Origin: a virus
Lineage: Duplodnaviria > Heunggongvirae > Uroviricota > Caudoviricetes
IMG/VR virus record: IMGVR_UViG_2671181040_000013
Length of the DNA stretch: 41,035 nucleotides
Strand: one strand, 5' to 3'
Below are positions 1-9,696 of this stretch, in pieces. Both the position numbers and the translations under genes were made by a program. The notes beneath the pieces were generated by a model, which did not search any database, was not told where the DNA came from, and worked only from the letters and a program-made list of their open reading frames with translations. Numbering within the stretch: the first letter of the stretch is position 1; every line of letters starts with the position of its first letter.

Positions 1-270
<270 letters not shown>

Positions 271-469
271 TTACCGTTAAATCATTTTAAAATCAGTAAG
301 TTGTATCGAGTTTGTATGCTTTACTGTCATTAACTTACTGTATGTTGATCCAGTGTATTTAACCTTGATAAACTCAGTCCAGCAACACAAAACCGCAACA
401 CATTGCATTTTGTCCCGTAGAAAAGACTTGTATGTGTGAGCTTGTTTTCTGCGCCTACGCAGATAAGGA

Positions 470-1873
470 TTGAGAATGCCGCGCACTGTAACACATAATC
501 CGGATAGCCCCAATAATGACGATGTTTTAGCCGCTTCTGAAAAATGGGACGCCTGTAAACCCCCCTATACTAGCGCACACATGAAAATCTGTGTTGCTGC
601 CGCCAAAATCATCCTCGCTGCTTCCGGCGTGGCTCGCCGTTCCAAATACGAAAAAGAGAACTATCTCCGTATCGATTTCAGCAAAGCCGGTAAGGTTACA
701 TTTTACGCCGAGTTTCCAAAAAAGATGGGCCTCAAAGGTAAAAAGCTCGGCGAGTGGCCGGAGCTCGCTATCCAGCTGGCGCGCGAAAAAGCGCTAGGTA
801 TGGCTGACGGTGGCCTGCGGGCAGAGTCCGTACATGCAGCGCTGGAAATGTACCGGGATGACCTCAAAGCCAAAGTCGCCCGGCAGAAGCTGAGCCCGGA
901 CAGTTTCACAACCTACGGGGTGCGTATCGACCGGATTAAAGCAACGTTCGGCGAGCGCGAGGTGTTCAGCGACGTAACATACAATCGGCTGGTGGAAGTG
1001 CTGGACGAGTGGATCGCTACTCGCTCGAACAATAACGCCCTGGAGTTGTTTGCCGAGCTCCGTCGGTTCTGGAAGTTCTGCGCACCTACTCTTTGCAACG
1101 GCCGCAATGTTGCCGCCAGTCTGCCAGATGATTATGTTTCCTCCCGCGTACAGAAACCTACCCCCACACGGCTTTTTACCGATATTGAATCAATCGCCCG
1201 GCTCTGGCTCAATGTTGCCGCCTGCACCTCTGTACACCAGAAGAATGCTGTTCGCTTCATGATCATCACTGGTGTTCGTCCGATTAATGTCCATAACCTA
1301 CGCTGGGACTACGTTCACGAGGAGGCTGGTGAAATTGTTTATCCGGAAGGGGTTATCGGCATGCGAGGGGCTATGAAAACACAAAAGGCTTTTCGCCTGC
1401 CGATAACCCCTGAGATCCGGCGGATTATCGACGAGCAGAAAGCCTGGCGTGATTCAGTTCCTGAGTGCAACAGGGATTATGTATTTTTGCAGCCACGTGA
1501 TCCAATGCAGCCATTTTCAAAACGATCACTGGATAAGCTGGTGAAAACATACAGCCCGGACGGGGCTGTAAAAGGAATAAAACATGATGGGACTGTTAAA
1601 GGGAAAGACGGTGCATTTAATACGATGTGCCGTAAATTCCTTAAGAGCAATGTTATTGCCTTGATGAAGGAAAGAGGCTATTCCCGATCAGACCGAAGGG
1701 AAATCAGCCTCCTTTGCCTTCACCACTCCAGCAAGTCAGATGACCCGATGGCAGAACATTACGACTTTTCTGATGAGATTTTACAGGAAGAGATTGCGTT
1801 GAAGCGCGAAGCTTTCGAGGCTCACGAGCGGAGCATACTTGCGCAGGTGGCATTGCTACGGCGGCGAGGTTAA
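470..1873 (+). CDS. int: Tyrosine-type site-specific integrase
   Basis: 467-aa ORF next to the host junction; C-terminal region has recombinase-like Arg/Lys/His and terminal Tyr (EHYDF); convergent with the excisionase-like gene. Exact start uncertain. Confidence 0.8.
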   Translation: MRMPRTVTHNPDSPNNDDVLAASEKWDACKPPYTSAHMKICVAAAKIILAASGVARRSKYEKENYLRIDFSKAGKVTFYAEFPKKMGLKGKKLGEWPELAIQLAREKALGMADGGLRAESVHAALEMYRDDLKAKVARQKLSPDSFTTYGVRIDRIKATFGEREVFSDVTYNRLVEVLDEWIATRSNNNALELFAELRRFWKFCAPTLCNGRNVAASLPDDYVSSRVQKPTPTRLFTDIESIARLWLNVAACTSVHQKNAVRFMIITGVRPINVHNLRWDYVHEEAGEIVYPEGVIGMRGAMKTQKAFRLPITPEIRRIIDEQKAWRDSVPECNRDYVFLQPRDPMQPFSKRSLDKLVKTYSPDGAVKGIKHDGTVKGKDGAFNTMCRKFLKSNVIALMKERGYSRSDRREISLLCLHHSSKSDDPMAEHYDFSDEILQEEIALKREAFEAHERSILAQVALLRRRG

Positions 1874-2070
1874 TACTGGCTGCGACATTTTTGAATAAAA
1901 GCGTCGATATTTCGGCGCTCATAACGAACTACTTTTGCACTGAAACGAATTGGTGCCAGGATAGCCCGATGACGATGCTTAATATTCCACTCACATAGCG
2001 TTTTCTGTGTAATACCTAACTTTTGGCATACTTCATCCGGGGTGAGTAAATCGTCGGGTTTCTCGCTCAT
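1870..2070 (-). CDS. xis: AlpA/Xis-like DNA-binding protein (putative excisionase)
   Basis: 66-aa basic protein with HTH-like segment (LTPDEVCQKLGITQKTLCEW); adjacent to int; 4-bp overlap with upstream helicase gene. Confidence 0.6.
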   Translation of the reverse strand: MSEKPDDLLTPDEVCQKLGITQKTLCEWNIKHRHRAILAPIRFSAKVVRYERRNIDAFIQKCRSQY

Positions 2071-3464
2071 GCTATACCTCTCTTTTTCATGGCATCGAGC
2101 AGGATGTCCTGCACTGTTCGTTTTGAGTTGCGCCGCTCCATCACCATTTCGTCCATAGTGTCGGCAGCAATAATGTGGTGAATAAATACCGGACGATTGT
2201 GTCCGGCCTGTATCTGTCTGGTTGGGCCGATACGTTCAATAATTTGCTGATATTGCTCCAGGTCCCACCAGTGTGAGAAAAATACCAGTATATTTCCGCC
2301 GTCCTGCATGTTCAGGCCGTGGCCCGCGCTGGCTGGGTGTGCAAAGAGAACAGGAATCTTTCCGGAATTCCAGTCGCGCAGTGTCTGTGGATCCTGGTCG
2401 AGGTGACGACCGCGAGGGAATGCTTTAAGCAAGCGTTCAAGATCGTGTTTCCAGTGATAAGCAACCAGCACAGGTGCGCCAGCTGCTTCGGTCAGTATGC
2501 TGTCCAGCGCCTGTAGTTTGGTGTCATGCAGTTCTGACCAACTTCCGGTGTCATCTGTGTATACTGCGCCGCTGGCGATTTGCAGACACTTCAGTGTCTT
2601 TGCCGCGGCGTTCGGTGCTTCGATGCCTTCGCCATTCAGCTCGAGGAACATTTCCTTTTCCATTTCACGATACTGCTGACGGGCCTTCGGTGGCATATCC
2701 ACGCGGATTACGTTATGGATGGGGTCTTTGATATCGAACCAGTCGGCCGCATCCAGCGAGAGGGTTACATCGGCTAACGCTCGCTGTATTTCACCCTGTG
2801 AGTGAGCAAAAGGCTCCAGTTTGGTCCAGCTCAGCCCCGGAAACTGTATCGAGTTGAACCAGCGTGAGGTAAACGCGCCGTAAGTGCGCCCGAGACGTTG
2901 CCCCTGGTCCACAAACCACGATTGTCCCCACAAATCTACCAGGCCGTTCGGTGCTGGCGTACCGGTGAGATTTATCCAGCGCCGGACATACTTATGCGCC
3001 ACTTTGCCCAGCGCCGCCGCGCGCTTACCACCACCTCGCAGCCGGAAGGATTTTAGCCGGGTGCTTTCATCTGGAATGACAATACCGAACGGCCATCGTT
3101 CTCCCAATTCTTCAACCAGCCAGACAAGGTTATCGTAGTTGATGGTGAACACGCTTGCGTTGCTGTTCGCCAGCGCCGTAGAGCGCGCTTTGGCATTACC
3201 AACAATCGGCTGCACCTCGATATTGCGCAAATGCCCCCACTTCACTGCTTCATCCGGCCAGGTGTTTGCTGCAACACGTAGCGGCGCGAGGACCAGTGCG
3301 GGGCGTGTTTCTGCCCCTGCCATAAAAAGATCTTCCAGCGCAGTGAGCGTTGCCACGGTTTTACCCATTCCCATACCTGCCCAGATGTTGCAGCGCATAA
3401 TGTCGATTTGATGATTGATGATGAGATCTTGGTAGGGGTGAGGTGAAAATATAGCATAGTCCAT
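2067..3464 (-). CDS. SNF2/DEAD-like superfamily-2 helicase
   Basis: Walker A GMGMGKT and DExx box (IPDESTR) visible in the 465-aa translation. Confidence 0.8.
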   Translation of the reverse strand: MDYAIFSPHPYQDLIINHQIDIMRCNIWAGMGMGKTVATLTALEDLFMAGAETRPALVLAPLRVAANTWPDEAVKWGHLRNIEVQPIVGNAKARSTALANSNASVFTINYDNLVWLVEELGERWPFGIVIPDESTRLKSFRLRGGGKRAAALGKVAHKYVRRWINLTGTPAPNGLVDLWGQSWFVDQGQRLGRTYGAFTSRWFNSIQFPGLSWTKLEPFAHSQGEIQRALADVTLSLDAADWFDIKDPIHNVIRVDMPPKARQQYREMEKEMFLELNGEGIEAPNAAAKTLKCLQIASGAVYTDDTGSWSELHDTKLQALDSILTEAAGAPVLVAYHWKHDLERLLKAFPRGRHLDQDPQTLRDWNSGKIPVLFAHPASAGHGLNMQDGGNILVFFSHWWDLEQYQQIIERIGPTRQIQAGHNRPVFIHHIIAADTMDEMVMERRNSKRTVQDILLDAMKKRGIA

Positions 3465-3531
3465 GGTATTGTATCTCCATGAATGAACTTATGTAGTAAT
3501 AGCTTAATTATTTATTTCGAAAGGAACAGTT

Positions 3532-4410
3532 ATGACCTCAGCTTATACAGATGTCCAGCAAGAAGAAAATATTACTGATAAATTAGTTGTTAAATATGAT
3601 GGTCCCGCACTAGCAGATCATAAAATAGATTTGGATGTTTTAACTGAGTCATTGAATGGACTAAACAACTTGCTTAAAGAAGTTAATTTGGTTGTCAATG
3701 GCACTAGTGAGTGTATTAATGTTGAGGTTGAGCCTTTTAAGGAAGGCTCATTTGAGTATTTGATTGATGTTATTCAAAATCCACTTGACCATTTGAATAT
3801 ATTAAGCATTATTGGGCTTGGAGGTACAACTGCACTCGCAGCAGGAAATACTCTCATTGACTTAATTCGTCAGATCAATGGTAGGCAAATAAAACGGTTG
3901 ACTTTAACAGCGGAAGGAGACTGTAAAATAGTTATGGATGATGGTGAGGAAATTATAGCCCCGTCATATTTCCGGCCTTTACTTGCCTCACCAAGCATAC
4001 GCAAATCCTTATCGAAGTTAATTCATAATCCTTTGCAAAAGGAAGGATACGAATCGCTTAAAATTTCAACTCAACAGGGGGTTGAGCTGATTAAGGTGCA
4101 CGAAGATAATATTGAACCGTTCAGATATAGGCGCGTTCCTGTAGTGCAGTCCTTGTCTGAAAGGGTGATTGAAGAGGCTCTAATCACATTTTTGACTATT
4201 CATAAGGATAAAAACACAGGCTGGCGAGTCAACTATGGCGATGACACAATCAGCGTGTCTATAGAAGATACTGAGTTCTTACAACGTGTTAGTACGGGAA
4301 GAGAACCTGGTGTTTTTAGTGATGCTTACTGCGTTGATTTGCTCGTCCGTGAGAACTTGAATTCGCTGGACAAAACGTACATAGTTGTTAAAGTACACGG
4401 CATCTTATAG
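3532..4410 (+). CDS. Hypothetical 292-aa soluble protein, first gene of accessory cassette
   Basis: ATG preceded by AAAGGAA; AT-rich by eye; opposite strand to flanking replication genes; no recognisable motif. Confidence 0.7.
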   Translation: MTSAYTDVQQEENITDKLVVKYDGPALADHKIDLDVLTESLNGLNNLLKEVNLVVNGTSECINVEVEPFKEGSFEYLIDVIQNPLDHLNILSIIGLGGTTALAAGNTLIDLIRQINGRQIKRLTLTAEGDCKIVMDDGEEIIAPSYFRPLLASPSIRKSLSKLIHNPLQKEGYESLKISTQQGVELIKVHEDNIEPFRYRRVPVVQSLSERVIEEALITFLTIHKDKNTGWRVNYGDDTISVSIEDTEFLQRVSTGREPGVFSDAYCVDLLVRENLNSLDKTYIVVKVHGIL

Positions 4411-4433
4411 TAGATTCACATGGGGAGGGGGCT

Positions 4434-4682
4434 ATGATTGCTTTTGCTTTTTGGCTGGCTTTTTTTAGCCTGCTTCCCGTACTATATTGGGTTCTTAAGA
4501 TGGGGTTTGACCGGTTACGCTTTGCGCTTATGCCTAAACATCATCTTGTTCTTGAATGTGTTGACTCAGAAGGAGTTGTCCGTCGCGATGTCGTTGATGT
4601 CTCTTCTGATGATGAATTTTACAAAATTGCAATGAATGCCATTCGTGCTGGAAGATCAGTCAAAGGAGGGACGTTTGAGTAG
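4434..4682 (+). CDS. Hypothetical 82-aa protein with one N-terminal transmembrane helix, second gene of cassette
   Basis: GGAGG 6 nt upstream of ATG 4434; hydrophobic N-terminus (IAFAFWLAFFSLLPVLYWVL) then charged soluble tail. Confidence 0.55.
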   Translation: MIAFAFWLAFFSLLPVLYWVLKMGFDRLRFALMPKHHLVLECVDSEGVVRRDVVDVSSDDEFYKIAMNAIRAGRSVKGGTFE

Positions 4683-5205
4683 CGCTTCTAAACCTGATAG
4701 CTACGAAAAAGTCCCTCTGATTTCTAATGTTGCTGCTGGTGGCATCACTGGTTTTTTAACATTACTGGTGTCCTCGTGGGACGGTCGTTTTCCGTATATT
4801 GGTTCTGATTTAAATACAATAAAGCCATTTCTTTTATTAATGCTTCCCAGTTGCGCTATGTTTCTGGCGCATTGGATAAAGTCGATTGGGTTTAAATGGT
4901 CCTTAGGTAGCGTTAATCGACAGTTATTAAGCATTAATAAGAAGAAAGAAAAAGAACTTCGCCGTGATATTGAAAAGTACAAAAATGTTATTTCTAATGA
5001 AAAGATAGAGGACTTTAAAAGTCAACTTGAACAAGTATTACAAGATCGTCATGATATTATTTCTAATAATTACGCACAGAAACTAAGAGAAAGAAATTAT
5101 ACGCAAGAAAAATATCATGAGCATAAACAAACCGCTGCAAATGATAATATTGAGCTGCAAAGCATACTGGAGAATCAGAAGTTCAATCAAAAAGGCATTG
5201 ACTAA
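4636..5205 (+). CDS. Hypothetical membrane protein (two predicted TM helices plus charged coiled-coil C-terminus), third gene of cassette
   Basis: ORF frame open from ATG 4636; more likely start is TTG 4675 preceded by AGGAGG (4664-4669), overlapping the stop of the previous gene; TM segments VAAGGITGFLTLLVSSW and FLLLMLPSCAMFLAHWI. Confidence 0.6.
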   Translation: MPFVLEDQSKEGRLSSASKPDSYEKVPLISNVAAGGITGFLTLLVSSWDGRFPYIGSDLNTIKPFLLLMLPSCAMFLAHWIKSIGFKWSLGSVNRQLLSINKKKEKELRRDIEKYKNVISNEKIEDFKSQLEQVLQDRHDIISNNYAQKLRERNYTQEKYHEHKQTAANDNIELQSILENQKFNQKGID

Positions 5206-5209
5206 ATTT

Positions 5210-5479
5210 TTATAATATCCTCTCTAGGTTCTTGCTATCCAGCACCACTACGGTAAAGCCCAGTTTTCGCAGACGTTCATGTTCGCGCAATTGGTCAGGC
5301 CGTGGTGGCTTGCCGGGAGATTTACATTCAACGAAAACGATACGACCACCTGGTAGCAGGACAATGCGATCCGGTACCGAGCGGTGACCGGGAGATACAA
5401 ACTTAAAGGCCACTCCGCCAGCTTTTTTCACTTCAGCGACGAGGTGCTTTTCGATAAGGCTTTCACGTTCATAGGCCAT
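5210..5479 (-). CDS. VRR-NUC domain nuclease
   Basis: About 89 aa with acidic/Lys residues in a PD-(D/E)XK-like arrangement (VPDRIVLL...VFVECKSPG); typical size and context; start chosen at MAYERES. Confidence 0.7.
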   Translation of the reverse strand: MAYERESLIEKHLVAEVKKAGGVAFKFVSPGHRSVPDRIVLLPGGRIVFVECKSPGKPPRPDQLREHERLRKLGFTVVVLDSKNLERIL

Positions 5480-5768
5480 CTGAATCCCACTCTTCAAAAA
5501 GCACATTCAATTCCAGTTTCTCTGCCAACGCGTTTTCTGCACGTGCGCCAGCAGAGTACTCCCACTCTTTGAGCATATAAATCGTATCGGCACAGCGAAG
5601 CATTGCGAGGCAGATGTCCATATACTGAGCCTGTGTCAAACCATTGGGTAAAGTTGCGGGGTTAAGCACAACATATCCCTTGTCCGTTAGCCTCTTTGCT
5701 GCGGAATGAAAAGCCGGGCGGTTAAATTGCTCGTAACCGCTCATCGGCCCGGCAACGTAAACGATCAT
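5469..5768 (-). CDS. DUF4406-like / nucleoside 2-deoxyribosyltransferase-like protein
   Basis: N-terminus MIVYVAGPMSG characteristic of this family as I recall; in replication module. Confidence 0.6.
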   Translation of the reverse strand: MIVYVAGPMSGYEQFNRPAFHSAAKRLTDKGYVVLNPATLPNGLTQAQYMDICLAMLRCADTIYMLKEWEYSAGARAENALAEKLELNVLFEEWDSDGL

Positions 5769-5980
5769 TCTTCGACCGCCTTACGCTTTTCACGCATATT
5801 CTGCATCAGGCAAAAATCAGATCTGCGTTCACTCCATTCCTGATTCAGTTCGTGATGTGATTCGCGGTTGGCTTTTGCCCAGACCTTCGCTGCCCGGTCA
5901 TATTCGCCGGATTGTTCAAGTCGCAAAGCCTCCCTTGCAGCCCTGTAATAAAGTGGATTGTCCCGGTATTTAAATGACAT
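5765..5980 (-). CDS. Hypothetical 71-aa protein
   Basis: ORF with AAGGAT RBS, overlapping neighbours in operon fashion. Confidence 0.5.
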   Translation of the reverse strand: MSFKYRDNPLYYRAAREALRLEQSGEYDRAAKVWAKANRESHHELNQEWSERRSDFCLMQNMREKRKAVEE

Positions 5981-5985
5981 AGGAG

Positions 5986-8049
5986 TTAATCCTTACGGTA
6001 GTGGTACGCCTCAAAACCGCCAGCGTTCAGTGGGATATCGGGCGCCCATTCGGGGTCAGTGGAGAGAAGCGCGGAAAGCGCTTTATCGTTGAAATCTTCT
6101 GTGTCAGGTGCTTCGGTGATCACCTCGTCGTGTACCGTCAGCACAATGCTGTAACCGGCATCTTCGATAAGCGGCATGTTTCCGGCCAGAATGTCGCGGG
6201 CGGCCGCCTGGGTGATGTTCTCCACCAGCTTTCCGCCGTAGGTTTTGAGTCGTTGCCATTTACGCGAATAAGAGTTAACCCCCATGTAGGTGATATTCCC
6301 TTTTTCGATAACCGGAGACGGGTAGCATACAGCGCGTCCGGATGGTAGCTGTATGCGCAGCCACGCGCCATCGCGGCGGATTTTAAGATAACCGCAATAC
6401 AATGTTTTTTGCGGTGTGGCGATTGCAGTGCGGACGGTGCGCTCCAGTTCGTACCAGAAATCACAGGTCGCGGGATGCGCCCGGCGCCAGAGACGTTTAA
6501 GTGAGTCGCAGGCGATAAATACCCGTTCAGAAAGCCCGTAGGTTGACTTGCGTTTAACCGATTCGTCGTACCAGCTTTTTGCCTCGCGGATAACATCGCG
6601 GGGAATGTTTGGTAGTGCGGCGTTCGCCAGCTCGTCGAGATCGAGACCGTAAACCAGTGCAAAAGTGATGAAGGCCGACACACCACCACCATAACCCAGA
6701 CCGAGTTCCATGACTTTACCGATCTGACGCATGTGTTTATCAACATCATCTGGTGCAATATCGAAAGCTTTTGCATACGCCAGTTTATATAAGTCCGGAC
6801 CCGTTCCGGCGTCGTACTCTCTGAATGCATTCAGTTTCCATTCTTCTCCCGCCAGCCATGCCAGCATACGGCCTTCAATGTTCGACAAGTCACTTACCAC
6901 CAGCTTTTTGCCTGTTGGCGCGATAATGCAGCCACGTAACGCTGAACTGGTTAGTTCCATGATATTGTCAAACAGCAGGTCTGCACATCCGGCTTTCAGT
7001 GCTTCGATGCCTTCGTCTATTTGTTCCTGTTTTAGTGAAGGGCGGGGAAGGTTCTGGGGCTGGAATAGCCGTCCGGCCCAACGACCGGTACGTGACGCCC
7101 CGCAGAACTGTAGCGTACCGCGTAAGCGCCCGTCGTGGCTTACGCCTTTCATCAGTGCCTTGTATTTACTGGTGCTGGTAGTACTGGCCTGCAGGCGGAT
7201 AGCCAGCAGTTCTTTCACGGCAGATGGTAAATCGGGGTCGGCAATACGACGTTCCAGAGTACTGCGTTGCATGTCCGGTAGCTCCACACCGTAGGATTCA
7301 ACAATGTGCTTAATCAACGCGTCCCGTTGTGTGGCTGCCTGCACTTCGCCATCAGTCATTTCCTGTGTACGCTTTGCCAGGCGCTTTTGCTCCTGGTCTA
7401 CCGCTTCGATCGCAGCGCGCGCGAGTTGCATGTCCATGCAGACGCCCCGGTCGTTGATCTGCTGATCACGATGCCAGAGCGCCAGCTCTGTCCCCTGATA
7501 ATTCCACTTCGGCAGACGTTTATAGACTTCGCGCATTGCCTCGATATCCAGTCCGGCGTAAGCAACAAAGCGCCGCCATTCTTCCGGGTGGGTTTTACTG
7601 GTGGCCCGACGCAGTTTGCTGTTTTTTGGGCGTGGCTTACAGAACAGCTGGATCAGCGCTTTACCTTCTTTGTCCTTCGCTTTGTCTTGCGGGACGCCTA
7701 GTACTTCGCAGAGTTCCCCCAGAGACCCCGGGAGACCGTGCGCCAGCGCCTGCACCATCGTGTCGCGCCAACGTTCGACTGGCGGTGCCAGTCGCGGCAT
7801 TGCATAACGCAGGACGGTGCGGTCGAAGTGAGAGTTATGAAAATAAAGCAGGGTTTCAGGGGCTGCGATTGCTTCGTATAAGCCGTGTGGAATACCACTA
7901 CCGGCAGTGATATCCCACACGTTTACGGGCCCGTCGTTGATAGCCCATGCGAACAGCATCACTTCAACGCCTTCGGCATACGCATGGGTACCGTTCGTAA
8001 TAGGGATTTCGCAATAGGTTTCTAGGTCACCCCATAGTATATTGGACAT
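5986..8049 (-). CDS. Family A DNA polymerase with 3'-5' exonuclease domain
   Basis: Exo motif DLETY near N-terminus; polymerase motifs ([25 protein letters not shown]) in the 687-aa translation. Confidence 0.9.
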   Translation of the reverse strand: MSNILWGDLETYCEIPITNGTHAYAEGVEVMLFAWAINDGPVNVWDITAGSGIPHGLYEAIAAPETLLYFHNSHFDRTVLRYAMPRLAPPVERWRDTMVQALAHGLPGSLGELCEVLGVPQDKAKDKEGKALIQLFCKPRPKNSKLRRATSKTHPEEWRRFVAYAGLDIEAMREVYKRLPKWNYQGTELALWHRDQQINDRGVCMDMQLARAAIEAVDQEQKRLAKRTQEMTDGEVQAATQRDALIKHIVESYGVELPDMQRSTLERRIADPDLPSAVKELLAIRLQASTTSTSKYKALMKGVSHDGRLRGTLQFCGASRTGRWAGRLFQPQNLPRPSLKQEQIDEGIEALKAGCADLLFDNIMELTSSALRGCIIAPTGKKLVVSDLSNIEGRMLAWLAGEEWKLNAFREYDAGTGPDLYKLAYAKAFDIAPDDVDKHMRQIGKVMELGLGYGGGVSAFITFALVYGLDLDELANAALPNIPRDVIREAKSWYDESVKRKSTYGLSERVFIACDSLKRLWRRAHPATCDFWYELERTVRTAIATPQKTLYCGYLKIRRDGAWLRIQLPSGRAVCYPSPVIEKGNITYMGVNSYSRKWQRLKTYGGKLVENITQAAARDILAGNMPLIEDAGYSIVLTVHDEVITEAPDTEDFNDKALSALLSTDPEWAPDIPLNAGGFEAYHYRKD

Positions 8050-8105
8050 AAAATAACCTTGTGTGATATATGGTTATGTAGGTGTAAATAAACAAGGAGA
8101 CGGCG

Positions 8106-8375
8106 GTGTTTAGCTTTGGTATCGGAATACTTTCATTGATAGGTATTATTGCTTTCCCCATTCTTTATATTTTAGGGAGAATAGTTCGGGCTGGTGGCGC
8201 ATGGCTCGAACGTGAAGAAGGTCCTAAGGATCGTGTTCTTCCCAAAATTATAATTTTTGCGCTTATTGGGTTCTTTCTTGGGTGTTTGGCTCAGCCTGTA
8301 TGGGACAGCATTTCGGCATGTAGAGACTATGGCAATCCAATAGGGAAATGTCTTTTTAAATTCAATGAATTTTAA
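8106..8375 (+). CDS. Small (89 aa) two-TM membrane protein, accessory gene
   Basis: GTG start with AAGGAGA RBS; two hydrophobic helices; AT-rich; opposite orientation to flanking early genes; hairpin 8392-8427 downstream. Confidence 0.55.
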   Translation: MFSFGIGILSLIGIIAFPILYILGRIVRAGGAWLEREEGPKDRVLPKIIIFALIGFFLGCLAQPVWDSISACRDYGNPIGKCLFKFNEF

Positions 8376-8442
8376 TTTTTAGTATTGCGGTAGGCTGGTT
8401 TGGATAACTATTTTCTTAAGCCAGCCTTTGTTATAAGAAATA

Positions 8443-9081
8443 TTAAGCATCTACCCCTTCGTCAGAAGGGAGGCCGATCATTTCGTTGAGAGTTTCGCGT
8501 CGTATAGCTGGCGGAAGCGGAGCAGATGGTGCATCGGCTGGCAGAAGTTCTTTAGCTTCAGGCCACTCTTCCAGCAGGCGCTTAACTGTGCGCACTTTAC
8601 TGAGTGCAGCGCTGACATTCTGTCGAATGTCTGACTCATCGCTCTGTATCTGCTCATAAAGTGCATCAAACCCGTAAAACTCTGTAACTAGAGGGTCATT
8701 TGCCAGAAGGGTAAATTCCCCCGGCGCGATTTTGTGAATATGGTCTGGTGACCCTGATTCATATCCTCGATAGTTACCGTTGAAATAGACGGTAACCCGA
8801 GAACCTGCCAGATTCAGACACATGTAACACTCTTTCCTGATAATATTATTGGCGGTTTTTAATGCTTCGGGGACTTTTGATACCAGTATTTCTATTTTTT
8901 TTATAATTTTTAATATTTCAGCTTCTTTCTCTACGCCCCCGATAGCTGCAAGCCGAACACGTTCGGCCCATTCAACACGAGCAGCTCGTAGTGCTGATTT
9001 ACGTTTGGGGATACCCGCTTTCTCAAGTGCGTTATTGATGATTTGAGTTTTAAGGTGATTAGTTAATACGGGCTGTGACAT
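8443..9081 (-). CDS. Hypothetical phage protein (about 212 aa)
   Basis: Long ORF in early operon; start chosen at MSQPVLT with GAGGG RBS. Confidence 0.6.
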   Translation of the reverse strand: MSQPVLTNHLKTQIINNALEKAGIPKRKSALRAARVEWAERVRLAAIGGVEKEAEILKIIKKIEILVSKVPEALKTANNIIRKECYMCLNLAGSRVTVYFNGNYRGYESGSPDHIHKIAPGEFTLLANDPLVTEFYGFDALYEQIQSDESDIRQNVSAALSKVRTVKRLLEEWPEAKELLPADAPSAPLPPAIRRETLNEMIGLPSDEGVDA

Positions 9082-9132
9082 TATTCTTTCCCTCATGAGA
9101 TCCCCCAGCATGTAGCTGGGGGATGAATATTT

Positions 9133-9681
9133 TTAAATTAGTGCTTCAGCATCAGCACCTTCGCTGATATCGTCGAAATCGTCAGCGCTTGCCACTCCGC
9201 CGCCAGCGAATGCATCGCCGTCTCGCAGGAACTGGACTCCGCCGAGTGAGGCATTAATGCGTTTACCGAAATTATTGTCCTGTGCCCAGATATCGATAAC
9301 GGCGTTTACATAGCACCCTGCATAGGGACGTCCGTCAGCCTGAATAAGTGGCGAACGATCGCGATCAAGAACAGCTGGGCGCGCTTTGTTAGCAGCATTC
9401 AGGAAGAAATTACCGGGGAAGCCTTCATACTCTGCTTTTTCATCACCATCATGCAGGCACAGATTGAGTTTTTTCTCCAGCTGGTTATAAATGGGCTCCC
9501 ACTTCTCTCCCCATTTTTCCTTCGCTACCTGCTTCATAGCTTTACGGATTTCTTCCAGTTGTGGGTGTTTGGGAGACATTAAAAATACTGCGGAGAAACG
9601 CGGATCGCCTTCGCCGTTTACAGTTTTAGCTTCAAACAGAGACGGGAAGGCCAGACGAACATTGTTCAGCTTCAGTTTCAT
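9133..9681 (-). CDS. Phage ssDNA-binding-like protein (DUF2815-like)
   Basis: N-terminus MKLKLNNVRLAFPSLFE and acidic C-terminal tail DDFDDISEGADAEALI. Confidence 0.7.
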   Translation of the reverse strand: MKLKLNNVRLAFPSLFEAKTVNGEGDPRFSAVFLMSPKHPQLEEIRKAMKQVAKEKWGEKWEPIYNQLEKKLNLCLHDGDEKAEYEGFPGNFFLNAANKARPAVLDRDRSPLIQADGRPYAGCYVNAVIDIWAQDNNFGKRINASLGGVQFLRDGDAFAGGGVASADDFDDISEGADAEALI

Positions 9682-9696
9682 GGGGATTTCCTTAAA

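Noticed and set aside
4438-4635. Alternative 65-aa reading frame overlapping the 82-aa cassette gene
   Set aside because: TTG-initiated and purely hydrophobic; the 4434 ATG frame has the GGAGG RBS at correct spacing and yields a protein with a plausible soluble domain.
6138-6830. 230-aa ORF on the minus strand within the DNA polymerase gene (and similar long alternative-frame ORFs at 6731-7294, 7306-7701, 7536-7910)
   Set aside because: Alternative frames inside a confidently called polymerase gene with recognisable motifs; Ser/Arg/Pro-rich, junk-like composition and no RBS; typical of GC-rich coding regions.
8396-8410. GGTTTGGATAAC resembling half of a gix/hix site
   Set aside because: Single half-site only, located in the early region far from the tail fibre genes; likely coincidental.
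9102-9122. Perfect 8-bp stem-loop (CCCCCAGC-ATGTA-GCTGGGGG) between SSB-like gene and downstream gene
   Set aside because: No U-run on the transcribed (minus) strand, so not an intrinsic terminator; possibly an RNA processing or stability element, but there is no supporting evidence.
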